Position numbers and translations under genes: made by a program. Shown in pieces: positions 1 to 12,745 of a DNA stretch of 64,000 nucleotides. Position 1 is the stretch's first letter, and every line of letters begins with the position of its first letter. The notes below the pieces were generated by a model. That model made no database searches. It was given only the letters and a program-made list of their open reading frames with translations, and was not told the origin of the DNA. The DNA is from the human T2T-CHM13v2.0 reference genome, Homo sapiens: assembly GCF_009914755.1 (NCBI RefSeq), contig NC_060934.1, one strand, 5' to 3'.

Positions 1-130
1 CTGAGTCAGGAGAATTGCTTGAACCCAGGAGGTGGAGGTTGCAGTGAGCCAAGATTGTGCCGCTGCACTCCAGTCTGGGTGACAGAGTGAGACTCAGTCT
101 CAATAAAAAAATTAAAAAAAATAAATAAAA
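1..130 (+). mobile_element. Alu right arm with A-tail, cut by window start
   Basis: GAATTGCTTGAACCCAGGAGGTGGAGGTTGCAGTGAGCC...CACTCCAGTCTGGGTGACAGAGTGAGACT followed by an A-rich tail. Confidence 0.92.
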
Positions 131-851
131 CCTATATGTGAACTCTTGAAAATGCTAACTTATAATACATGATAGTTAAAAACATCATGGCAATATGATG
201 AGATTTACTTCATTTTATATTTTAAAATAGCTTTTTTATCAGGATGGAAAATAAGAGGATGATTGGCTGTGATAAGAATTCACAACCTTATTGAAGATCA
301 CAGTGTCAAGGTGCCAAATCTTTTAACAGGAACCTGCTAAATCTTTTTATTGAAAGGATAATTCAACTGATTTTTGGCATAAATGTATTATAGGAGGTAA
401 TGGCTGGAAGAAATGAACCTAGATTTTGTGGGAATAAATATAAAGTATCTTAGATTATGTGTAGGAGGTAGAGGGAGATTAAGATGAGTAGGTATAAATT
501 ACTAGACATCTTGTTTCTGGCAACTAGGTGCTACTCACTGAGGAATCCATAGGTTTCTGTAAAGAACAGACAATAACATGGTAAATTTCCATTTGCTAAT
601 TAAATGGCTACCTTTATTTGCTATGAATCATAATTGATAATGCTTTTAATATTCTTAAAACTGCTTACATGAATTTTTTAGCTATGACCCCTTTCTGGCT
701 GTATAGAATTTGCCAGGGTAGAAGAGGAGGATTTTGACTCACTCCAGGCAGAGAGTTAGAAGAAAGTTTCTTTCCTCGTCCCCTCTGATTATTGTCATCC
801 TGCAAAACTGGAAGCCTTGGAGGGCTAAACATTTACTAAAATAATGGACCA

Positions 852-1326
<475 letters not shown>

Positions 1327-2603
1327 TTACGTGCACAGGTTAGGGATCCCAAAGTTCTAAACCTACCATAAAAGTGTCCCTGCATAGAAGTATCCCTAGA
1401 ACATTTACTAGATGCTAATTCAAAAAATCTCTAATAGACACTCCTGATCCCAGACTGCATAAAGTCAATAGAACCACTAGATAGACACTATAAAATATGT
1501 ATTTTCAAAGGGACTAGATAAAATTTTTAAAAATTGCAGACATGAGAAGAAGAAATTACTTGAAAGTATTGTAAAATAATTAAATAGAACATCTAGAAAA
1601 AACTTTAAAATTTACTCAACTGAAAAAAACCCACTAAGTACTGAAATAGCAATCTAGACAAAGCTGAAGAGAGAACACAGCAAAGTAGTAGATATGAGGA
1701 AATTATTTAAGAGCATAGCACACACACAAAAAAATGAGGTGGAAAATGAGAGATTTAGATTATGGAAAAGATCTAAAACACAATTATTGGTAGTTTCAGA
1801 AACATAATTGAAAGAATGAAGAAGACATAATATTTGAGAAGAAAACTGGCTTCAAATTTTACAGAATTGATTAGGGTTTTTATTGATTTGGACACAGGAA
1901 GTCAAATGAGTTCTAATCAGGATTAAGTAAAAATAGACACTTAGATAAAATGTTGAGAAACTATAGACTACCAAAGGCAAAAATAAAATCTTAAATAATC
2001 TAGACAGAGAAAGAGAGATTAATCATAATTGAATAAACAATAGAGCAGATTCTCAATTCTTATCAGCAACAATAGAAGATGGAAGATAATTAAATAAAGT
2101 CTTCAAAGTACAGAGATAAACACAACATTCAATGTTGAATTCTGTAGCAAGTTAACTGTCACTCGAACAAAAGACAAATGAAAGATATTGTCAAACAAAT
2201 ACATTTAAGAACATATGCCATTTTTTACCAGGGAAAAATCTACTGAAAGATATGCTTTAGAAATATGACATAGAACCAAAAAAGACGGAACAATGTGCAA
2301 AGAAATTGGTAAAATGTAGGTTAGTCTAAACAAGTATTTGTTGTGTAACACATTACTAATGAAAATTGTTAATCAGAGGATATAAAGATAAGGTTGGGAG
2401 GTGACATGAAAAGGTTGGCAATTTATTTCCACACAAAAAGTCCCCCCAGAAATTGCAGAAATACCAAAAACAGTCATTTCAGGACCCTGAAAACTCATCA
2501 AAGGCAGTTATCAAATTTAAGAAGCATTTATTCTTGAAAAAAGTGTTAGGGTTTTGGGTAGGATTGGTAAAAGTCTGAGCCCTTCCTGACTGGGGTTGCT
2601 CCC

Positions 2604-2958
2604 TGATATGGTTTGGCTTTGTGTCCCCAACCAAATCTCATCTTGAATTGTACTCCCATAATTCCTATGTGTTGTGGGAGGGACCTGGTGGGAGATAATT
2701 GAATCATGGGGGTGGCTCCCCCCCATACTGTTCTCGTGGTAGTGGATAAGTCTCACAAGATCTGATGGCTTTATCAGAGTTTTCCGCTTTTGCATCTTCC
2801 TCATTTTCTCTTGCAGCCACCATGTAACAAGTGCCTTTCACCTCCCGCCATGATTCTGAGGTCTCCTCAGCCACCTGGAACTATAAGTCCAATTAAACCT
2901 CTTTTTCTTCCCAGTCTTGGGTATGACTTTATCAGCAGAATGAAAACGGACTAATACA
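2604..2958 (+). mobile_element. THE1-family (ERVL-MaLR) solo LTR with 5-bp target-site duplication
   Basis: Starts TGATATGGTTTGGCTTTGTGTCCCC, ends GAAAACGGACTAATACA; flanked by CTCCC at 2599-2603 and 2959-2963. Confidence 0.92.
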
Positions 2959-3231
2959 CTCCCATCTCTCTTCTCACCCCCAAGCTCAGTTGGGAAAAAC
3001 TGTAGCTTTACAAGTTTGAAGCTGGATGTAAAACCCAGCAGCTTTCCTGTTAGGGCTGCGGGCAAGGGGGGATTTGGTATGGAGTGGAGGGAAGAAATCA
3101 ATGGTTTTGCCAGTTAAATATAGCAGAGTGGTTTGGGAATGAACAGAGAGAATTGCAGATTTGCTAGTCTGAGGTTGCAGTTTCAATTGGGGAAGTGGAA
3201 GACAAGACAAAAATTTAAATGAGAGATCCTG

Positions 3232-3443
3232 AGGGTCAATAGGTGCAGCAAACCACCATGGCACATGTATACCTGTGTAACAAACCTGAATGTTCTGCAC
3301 ATGTATCCTGGAACTCAAAGTAAAATTAAAAAAGAAAGAAAGAGAAAGAAGGAAAGAAGGAAAGAAAGAAAGAAAGAAAGAAAGAAAGAGAGAAAGAAAC
3401 AAAGAAAGAAAGAAAGAGGAAGAAAGAAAGAGAGAGAAAGAAA

Positions 3444-3484
<41 letters not shown>

Positions 3485-3496
3485 AAAAGAAAGAAA

Positions 3497-3537
<41 letters not shown>

Positions 3538-3545
3538 AAAGAAAG
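3232..3545 (+). mobile_element. Short L1PA 3' end with tail expanded into a (GAAA)n microsatellite
   Basis: ATAGGTGCAGCAAACCACCATGGCACATGTATACCTGTGTAACAAACCTG...GAACTCAAAGTAAAAT, then about 215 bp of GAAA-type repeat from about 3330. Confidence 0.9.
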
Positions 3546-3960
3546 ACCCACATGCAAGGTTAGAGTTTTCCAGTTCCAAGTTCCAATTCTCTCACTAAGA
3601 AGAGTGGCTCACTGTGCCTAAACTGTTTATACAAACAATGTGGTTTACTCTGAACAGCTGCTTTTCCTCTGGGAGTCTAGAATTCTGGTACATGTGAAGG
3701 AGAGTAACCTCCGTAAAATCCTGAGTACTGAGTCTCTAATGAGACTCTGGTCCTGGTAGATGACATTACACATGTGCTGTCAAAATTTCATGCTGGGAAA
3801 GAGAAACACATCCTTGTAACTCCACAGGAGATGATTCCAGGAAGCTTGTGCCTGGTATCCTCCAGACTTTACCACATACAACTTTTTCCCTTTGCTAATT
3901 TTGCTTTGTATCCATTCACTATAATAAATTAAAAATCTGAGTATTACTAAAAAAAAAAAG
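3546..3960 (+). mobile_element. LTR-like (MER21-like) fragment ending in AATAAA and a poly(A) tract; probably transduced by the adjacent L1
   Basis: Resembles MER21-family LTR by recall (CTAAACTGTTTATACAAACAATGTGGTTT..., GGAAGCTTGTGCCTGG...CTCCAGACTTT); AATAAA 3923-3928, A-run 3949-3959. Confidence 0.6.
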
Positions 3961-5393
3961 AGAGAGAGAGAAATCCTGGAAAGGAGAGAATCATAGAAAG
4001 TTTGAGAAAACTTCTCCACACATATGGCCAATTGGAAAAGTATGGAAGTGCAGGAAAGACTCAAGAGAGTATGACAAAAAGCAAAAATGAAGTAAGAATT
4101 GAGTATTAATTGCAACTTTGAATACATTCACCCACCCACCCACAGATTATTTGGCAGAGAGTGGAAGCCTTACTAGCTTTAATATAATGTCTCTCCAAAA
4201 TCAAGCTATGCAACAGACACAGAGGAAATCCCTAGAAAGACAGGCTAAAACAACAATAACAGCAACAACACAATATAAAAGACATCAATGCTGAAAACCA
4301 CTGGGCAGAAGGATTACACAGCACAAGTATAGGCCAATTACCAAAACATAACAACAACAAAGACAATAACAAATAAAAACCAGATCCAGATTTGCTATAA
4401 TGTGTAATTAAAGTGTTTAGTTTTCAATTAAAAATTATCAGACATGTAAGGAAACAGGAAAATGTGGCTCATACTCTGGAAAAAAAGCAGTGAATAGAAA
4501 CTGTCTCAATTCAGATATTGGATTTAGAAAGAAAGTTTTCAAAGTATATATTATAAATATGTTCAAATTAAAAGTATGATAATGTGCTGTCCAATAGAAA
4601 ATATGAATAAGGGGACAGAATATGTTTAAAAATAGAATCTAGAATTGAAAAGTACAACAGTTAAAGTGAAAAAATCACTAGCGAGGTTCAATAGCATATT
4701 TGACCTTGTGAAAGAAAGTATCAGTGAACTTGAAGGTAGACCAATAGAGGTTAATCAATCTGAAGAACAAAAAGAAAAAAGAATGAAGGATAATAAACAG
4801 ATCCTCAGAAATTTATGGGATACCATCAAGAGCACTAACATATGCATAATGGGAATTCCAGGAGAAGAGAGAGATAAGAGGGCAGAAAAATATTTGAAAA
4901 CATGTCTGAAAACTTCAAAAATGCTATGAAAAACATTAATCTTCAGATATAAGAAGTCCAACAAATCTCTAGTAGGATAAACACAAAGAGATTCACACCT
5001 AGAGCCATCCTTGTCAAATTGGTGAAAACCAAGGATAATAAGAAAATCATGAAAGTAGCAAGAGACGACTTATCACATACAGGGGAACAGTAATATTATC
5101 AATACTGGCATTTTTATCTGAAAAAAATGGAGGTCTTATGAAGCGACATTTCAAAAGTGGAGGGAAAAATAACTGTCAATTAAGAATTCTGTATCCAGTT
5201 AAATGATCCTTCAAAAATGGAGCTGAAATAAAGACATTTCCAGATAAATAAAAATAAAAAGAACTTATCCTTGCTAAAGAAACACTAAAGAAAATGCTTT
5301 TAAGATAAAAGGATATGACACCAGATGGCAACTTGAACCTATAAGGAATAAACAGCATGGGAAATGGTAAATAAATTTGTAAGTATAAAAGAT

Positions 5394-5445
5394 TGTATGT
5401 GTGTATGTGTGTGTGTGTGTGTATGTGTGTGTGTGTGTGTGTGTA
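5394..5445. repeat. (TG)n microsatellite, imperfect
   Basis: Directly visible. Confidence 0.95.
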
Positions 5446-5639
5446 TTCTGATTTCATCTCTTTTTTTAAAAAAGCATCTGATTATTATAGGCAATAACTA
5501 CAACAATACTGCTGAGTTCATAGCATATAAGAGATACATTGGATCAAAGTTGCTATATAACACTGGAATTAAGTAAAAATTATTAAACCAAAGTAGATTG
5601 TAAAAAGTGAAGATGATTGATTATTATAATCCCCAAAGG

Positions 5640-5980
5640 TACTTGGGAGGCTGAGATAGAAGTATTGCTTGAGGCTAGGAGTTTGAGACTAGCCCGATCA
5701 ACACAATGAAACTCTGTTGATATAGTTTGGATATGTGTCCCTGCCCAAATCTCATGTTGAATTTTAATCCCCAAAGTTGGAGATAGGTCCTGCTGGGAGG
5801 TGAATGGATCATGGGGCAGATTTCTCATGAATCGTTAGTGCCGGTTAATTTGGTATTTTTAGTAGAGACAGGGTTTCTCCATGTTGGTCAGGCTGGTCTT
5901 GAACTCCTGACCTCAGGTGATCCACCCGCCTCAGCCTCCCAAAGTGCTGGGATTACAGGCATGAGCCATCGTGACTAGCC
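5640..5980. mobile_element. Abutting fragments: Alu piece (+), MST/THE1-type LTR 5' piece (+), Alu left arm (-)
   Basis: ACTTGGGAGGCTGAG...GAGTTTGAGACTAGCC (5641-5716); TGATATAGTTTGGATATGTGTCCC (from about 5718); GTATTTTTAGTAGAGACAGGG...GGGATTACAGGCATGAGCCA (about 5850-5980). Confidence 0.8.
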
Positions 5981-6665
5981 TAAGCTTTACTTTCTAAAAA
6001 TTATATTAAAGTTGATAATTCTCTATTATCTAATCATAAATTATATCAAATATGCTGTTTTGAATTTTATTTTTCCCTTTAAACATAAAGACACACATTC
6101 AGTTCATTGTGCTAGATAAATTACCAGTGCGATCACAAATTAAGAAATGCAATTCAAAGAATTTTGCATACAAGGAGTCCTGAAAGTGTTAATAACTTTT
6201 GATGCAAAGATAATTTTATGAAAGTAATAGAAGACTAAAAAAAGGTACAAAACAGTTATTATGTAAGTATCTTGCTTTTTCTGAATCACCCATGATTACT
6301 TTTTCCACCAAGCAAAAACTGACTACATACTTCAGACCTGTCTCAAATCTCTCCAGCCTCTTTTCCTAAACCTCCCCAGCCTCTCAGGACAGACAGGCTG
6401 CTCCTGTACTTTGTGCATTCTGCTATTTTTAGCAAGAGGCCTATTTTGTCAGTGTTATCTGAATAGTATTTGCCAACTCTCAGACTTTCAGTCACTTATT
6501 TGTTTATGTATTTATTTGTCTCCTTTTCTTGTATTTCCCTTTTCCTTTTCTTTCCTTTCTTTTCCCCTTTCCTCCTCCCTTCCTTTGCTTACTTATTTTT
6601 TCCCTTTAATTCCCATTCACTATTTCCATGACTGTCAAATAGTAGGTTGATCCTTTAAAATATTC

Positions 6666-6767
6666 CTTTTTTAAAATTTATTGTACTTTAAGTTCTGGGA
6701 TACATGTGCAGAACATGCAGGTTTGTTACATAGGTATACACGTGCCATGTGGTTTGCTGCACCCATC
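6666..6767 (-). mobile_element. Short L1PA 3' end
   Basis: T-tract then TACTTTAAGTTCTGGGATACATGTGCAGAACATGCAGGTTTGTTACATAGG...GGTTTGCTGCACCCATC. Confidence 0.88.
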
Positions 6768-6805
6768 TACAATATATCTTAAGATGAATAAAAGTGGAAA
6801 CACAC

Positions 6806-8721
6806 AGGAGACAGGGTGTATGGGGTGAGTGGGTTGCCAAGTGGATGGTGGCAGGGTGCTCCAGGGTGGCCAGTGGGGCTAAGTGTTGTGTATTCCAAGC
6901 ATGGCGGGCTTCCTGCCTTCCTGTGTGGCAGACTGTGGCATCAGGTAAGAGCCACTCAGTGCCCACCCTGGCTCCTCCATTGCCTTGCTCTCAGCCCCTG
7001 ACATCCAGCCCACACTTGGAGATTGAGCTGCCCCCATTGCTCTGGGTCTCAGCCCTGTGATCACCTCAGTAGATATTCCGAGCTTGGCTATGCAGGCAAC
7101 ACTGAGCCTGCATAGTTTACTATTCTTTCATGCATTTCTGTCAGAGAGTCAGCAAAGGTAGTTGACAAAGCCCAAGGGAGAATGTTGAGGGGAGTTGATG
7201 AGCTTGACTTTTTCATACAGGATGAAGCCATTGATAAATCTACGTATGCTACAAAGTGGTCAATATGACATGGAGTCACTGAAGACTGGGATATTATGGA
7301 AAGGTTCATGGAGCAAGTGGTTTTTAAATATTTTGAGCAGAATCTGAGGACCATTATTTTGCAATGACAGAACTTCCACTGAATACACTAGAAAATACAG
7401 AACATTTTTGCAGAAATTATGTTTGAATTATTTAATGTACCAGGATTCTACATTGCAGTTCAGGAGGTACTAGCCTTGGAAGTATCTTGGACATCTCAAC
7501 AAGTGGGTGAATATATGTTAATGAGTATAGTCATTGACAAAGGAGATGGAGTCACCCTTGTTCTCCCAGTTGTAGAAGGTTATGTAATTGGGAGCTGCAT
7601 CAATCACATCCTGATTGTAGGTGATACTGTGTATTTCATTCAACAACTACTAAGGGAGAGGGAGGTAGGAATCCCTCTTGAGCAGTCACTGGAGACCACA
7701 AAAGCCATTAAGGAGAAATACTGTTACATTTGCCCTGATATAGTCAAGGAATTTGCTAAGTATGATGTGGATCCCTGGAAGTGGATCAAACAGTACACAG
7801 GTATCAATGTGATCAACCAGGAGAAGTTCATAATAGATGTTGGTTACAAAAGGTTCCTGCAACCTGAAATATTTTTTTACCCAGAGTTTGCCAACCCAGA
7901 CTTTATGGAATCCGTCTTGAATGTTGTTGATGAATACAAAACTGTCCCATTGATGTGCATTGTCCACTGTATAAGAATGTTGTTCTTTCAAGGGGTTTGA
8001 CCATATTCAGGGATTTGAATCTCAACTACAGAGAGATTTGAAGAGTGGTACATGCCAGATTAAAACTCAGTAAGGAGCTCAGTGGCAGGAGAATCAAACC
8101 TAAGCTTACAGAGTTTCGGGTGGTAATCCATCACATGCAGCACTATGCCTTATGGTTTGGAAGCTTAATGCTAGCCTCAACTCTGGAGTTATTTCAGGTC
8201 TGTCACACCAAGAAGGACTATAAAGAATATGGCCCCAGCATCTGCCACCAGAGCCTTCTCTTTGGAGTAATGTCTTAGTGTCTGCCTTGAAAGCATCATT
8301 TAATAGTGTCATGTTGGGGAACAAGTGTCCTTCAGAACCCAGAGAAGACTACCATTTCTAAATGACATTTGGTGTTGACGTCTGAGCAGTATGCTTGCAT
8401 CACCTAGTGCATGAGGCACAGGGCAGAGTCATTTCAGTAAAAGCCTGTCTTTATGTGTTGACTGCTGTATGCCCACTCCTCCTTCTCTCACTCCCTTTCT
8501 TCATGCTTCCCCGGTTTCCCTCCTCCTTTTAACTTCAACTTTTTTGTTGACAAATACCATTCTGAAGGAATTCAAATGTGACTCTGAAAATTGTTAAGAG
8601 GAAAAAAAATTACAAAAATGGCCCAAAATAGTTCTCCCCCAGGAAAGAATGCAGTGGTATAAATCCTTTTCCCCCAGCCTATTTTTATAAATAAAACGTT
8701 ATAAACTTAAAATACAAAAAA
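6806..8721 (+). pseudogene. ACTR3BP: Processed pseudogene of actin-related protein 3B (ACTR3B/Arp3-beta)
   Basis: ATG at 6901 gives MAGFLPSCVADCG (ACTR3B recalled as MAGSLPPCVVDCG). ORFs 7419-8000 ([15 protein letters not shown]...[10 protein letters not shown]...[22 protein letters not shown]...[11 protein letters not shown]) and 8045-8278 (...[15 protein letters not shown]...FGVMS*) match Arp3B. Exon 2 onward is intronless, with several stops and frameshifts, a 3' UTR with AATAAA near 8690 and an A-rich remnant. Paralogue number not determinable. Confidence 0.95.
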
Positions 8722-10140
8722 CCAATAACATAGCAATATTTACAGGATGCAATTAAAGCAGTGTAAAGAGGAAAATGTATAGCTTTAAAAACAGAAAGAA
8801 AAAATAATCTAAAATTGATAATTAAAACTTCCATCTTAAGACTCTAGAAAAAGATGAGTAAACCAGGCCGAAATTAAGTAGGATGTATGAAATAAAAATG
8901 TCACAGTGGAAAACGATAAATACAGAACAGGATAACATTAAAAACAACCAAAGAAACCCAAAATTGCTTATTTCAGAAAGTCAAGAAGATAAATAATATT
9001 TAGTTAAATTGACCAAGAAAAAAGAAAGAAGACACTAATTCCCAAAATCAAGAATCAATGAGAAATATCACCACAGACCCTACCCTTAAAAGGATGTTAA
9101 GAAAATAGCATAATAACTTTAAGGCAAAAAATTTGACAACTTAGATAAAACAGAACAATTCCTAGAAAGACACAAATTACCAAAACTGACTCAAGGAAAA
9201 AGAAAAAAAACAAATACCAATATCAAGTAAAGAAATTGCATCAGTAATTTCAAATCTTCCTATAGAGAAAAAATATACTTCACTGGTGAATTCTATGAAG
9301 CTATTAAGGGAGGAAATAATACCAATGTTACAAAAGCTTTATTCAGCAAATAGAGGATGAAGGAAACTTCCCAACTAACTTTATTTCATTTGATATCAAT
9401 ATTACCCTGATATCAAAACAAGACAAAGACATTACAAGAAAACACAGCTATATACCAATATCCCTTGTGAACCTAGACATAAAAATTCTTAACCAAATAT
9501 TAGCAAATGTAATTGAGCAACATATGAAAAGGATTTTATACCATAATCAAATGAAGTTTATCTCAGGAATGTGAGGTTGACTTAACATCCAAAAATCAAT
9601 GTAATAAACTATATTAACAGAATAAAGGACAAAACCATATGATCACCTCAATAGATGCAGAAAAGCATTTGACAGAATTCAACACTCATATATTAAAAAA
9701 AATCCCATCAACTTATGAATAGAAGGGAACTTCTTCAAATGATCAAGGCATCTACCAGAAGCCTATAGCCAACATACTTAATGGTAAGAATGTGCTTCCC
9801 TCTAGATTAGGAAACATGCAAAGATATCTGTGTTTACCACTTCTATTTAACAATGCACCACAGGTCTTAGTTTGTGCAATAGTCAAGGAAAAAAGGTATG
9901 GACAAAAGACAACTCTTTTTATTGTTAGCCTTGTATGCAGAAAATCCTAAGGAACACACCCACACACACACACCCACATACCACACCCCCTCCCAGACTT
10001 ACTAGAACTAAGAGGGGGGCTTAGTGAGTTTGTAGAGTATATGATCAATATACAAAAATTGGTTATATATATAGTAGCAACAAACAATACAAAGATGAAA
10101 TAAAGAAAACAATTCCAATCACAATAACATCAAAAATAAA

Positions 10141-12745
10141 TGTCTTAGTTTGTTTTATGTTGTTATAATAGAACACCTGAGACTGTATAAAGAGGTTTAT
10201 TTAGCTCATGTTTCTCCAGACTGGGAAGTTCAAGAAGCATGGCACCAGTATCTGCTTAGCTTCTGGTGAGGGCTTTAGCAGTGCATCACAACATGGCAGA
10301 AGACCAAAGAGGAAGTGGGAATGTGCCAAGAGGCCAAACACAAGGTACAACCATGTACGATGGGTTGCTTTATAACAATCCATTCTCAGGGCAACTAATC
10401 TATTCCCACAGGAACCAATCCAGTTTCATGAGAGCAAGAACTCACTCACTATATGAGGACTGCACCAAGCTGCTCAAAATGGCAGAGCCCCCATGACCCA
10501 AGCGTCTCCCATTAGGCCTTACCTCTTAAAGGTTCCAACATGATTTTTGACAGAAAGACGGAAACTATGGCATTCCACCCTTGGAACCCCAAACTCATGT
10601 CCCTCTTACACTACAAAATGTAATTATTCAATCTCAATGGTCCCCAAAGTCTTAATGTATTCCAGTAACAATTCAAAGGTCAAAGTCCAAAGTCTCATAT
10701 AAGACTCAAGGCAAGTTCCTTCTAGCTATGAGCCTGTAAAATTAAAAAAAAAAACAAGTTATTTACTTCAAGATACAATGGTGGAATAGTCATATGGCAG
10801 ACAGTTCCATTCCAAAAGGGAGAAATAGGCCAAAAGAAGAAAGAGGTGACAGGCCTCAAGCAAGTTCAAAACTCAGCAGGGCAGACACTAAATCTTAAAG
10901 CTCCAGAATAATTCTCCACTCCATGTGCTACCTCCTGGGCATAATGGGGAGTTTTTATCACTAAAGCCTTGGGCAGCCCCACCTCCATTGCTTTGTTGGG
11001 CATAGCCACATGGCTACTCTCACTGGTTGGAGTTGGATACCTGTGGCCTTTCCAGGCTGAGGTTGCATGGTGGCAATGGCTCTATAGTTCTGGAGTCCCA
11101 GTGGTGGTCCACTTCATGGATTCACTAGGCATTGCCCTGGTACAGACTCTTTGTGGCAGCTCCAACCCTACATTTCTGCTCAGCATTGCCCTGGGGGAGG
11201 TACACTGCAGTGGCTCTGGCCCTGCAACAAGTCTCCACCTGAGCTCCAAGTCTTTTCAGTACATTCCTTAAAATCTAGGTGGCATCCACCATGCCTCCAC
11301 TTCTCTTGTATTCTGCACATCTGCAAAACTAGTACCACATGGTTGTAAAAACCATCAAGGCTTACCGCTTGCACCCTCCAGAGTGCTGTCATGAGCTGTA
11401 TCTGAGGCTGCTTGATCCATGACTGCATGTCACCAAGGTTTATGGTTTGTATCCTGTGGAATGGCAGCCTGAGCCACACCTGAGTATGATTGTGCCATGG
11501 CTGGGGTGGCTGCTGAGGGCTGTGCCAGAATTTGGGTAGCAGGATCTCAAAACAGCACAGGGCAGTGATGCATGGGTTCTGTCTCTTAAAACCATTCTGT
11601 CCTCCTAGACCTCTGGAGAGGCAACCTCAAAAATTTCTGAAATGTCTTCAGGGCCTTTAAAAAAATTGTCTCAATAACTGTCAACTGGCTTTCTTCTCTC
11701 AGTGCTAATCTCTTTAGTATTGGTTGTTCTGCTGCACCCTTGGATTCCTCACCTTAAAATGTTCTTTCATTCTCTTCCACATGGCTAGGCTATTAATTTT
11801 CAAATTTTTGTGTTTGCTTCCCTTGTCATTTTGCATTTCACTGAATGTAGTAAGGAGTAACTACATAGCTGCTCTATATTTTGCTTAGAAATTTCTTCTG
11901 CCAGGTACCCTAGTTCATCACTCTTAAGTTTGGCCTTCCACAAAACCTTAGGGCACAAAGTCTTAGAAACAACACAGCCAAATGTTTGCTATGGTCTAAC
12001 AAGGATGACTTGGTCTCCAGTTCCTAATACCTTGTTCCTCATTTCTATCTGAGATCTCATTAGAATGGCCTTTGCTGTCCATATTTTTATCAGCATTGTG
12101 GTAATGACTACTTAACCAGTCTCTAAGAAATTCTAAACTTTCTCTCATCTTTTTGTTTTCTTTTGAGCCCTCACTGAAATTATCCTTAATGCTCTGTTTA
12201 TGGCAATACAGTCTTTTTCTAGTCTGCTCCTTCAAACTTTTCCAACTTCTGCCCATTACCCAGTTCCAATGATGCTTCTGCATTTTTGAGAATCTAAATA
12301 GCAACATCCCACTCTCAGTACCAATTTTCTGTCTTAGCCCGTTTTGTGTTGCTATAACAGAATACCAGAGACTGAGTAATTTATAAAGAGGTATATTTAG
12401 CTTGCAGTTCTGCAGGCTGCAAAGAATGACACTGGCATCTGCTTGGGTTCTGGTGAAAGCTTCAGTGTTGTGTCACAACATGGTAGAAGAAGGTCAAAGG
12501 GGAGTAGACATGTACCAGGAGGCCAAGCATGAAGCGTGACCTCACCATATAGCAACTCATTCTCATGGTAACTAATCCATTCCTGAGAGAACTAATCTCA
12601 CAAGAGTGAGAACTCACTCACCAATGTAAGAATAGTACCAAGCTGCCCACAAAGGAAGAGCTCCCAAGACACAAACACTTTCCATTAGGCCCCACCTCTT
12701 AAGCGTTCCAACATGAGTTTTGGTAGAGACACTCAAACTATAGCA
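10141..12745 (-). mobile_element. Complete MST-family (ERVL-MaLR) element: LTR, internal region, LTR
   Basis: Two similar LTRs (about 10141-10570 and 12330-12745, both starting TGTCTTAG on +) flank MaLR internal sequence (CAAGATACAATGGTGG..., CAGTACCAATTTTC next to the LTR). Near-matching flanks ATAAA/ATAAT; host L1M continues on both sides. Confidence 0.85.

Noticed and set aside
2986-3621. K/E/R-rich and F/L/S-rich ORFs
   Set aside because: Translations of the (GAAA)n microsatellite.
6091-6262. Possible decayed coding exon (AG at 6089-6090, GTAAGT at 6263)
   Set aside because: The frame ending at the donor has three stops in 57 codons, as expected by chance, and matches no protein I recognise.
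7419-8278. Functional Arp3-like gene
   Set aside because: In-frame stops and frameshifts upstream and within; intronless with tail remnant; processed pseudogene.
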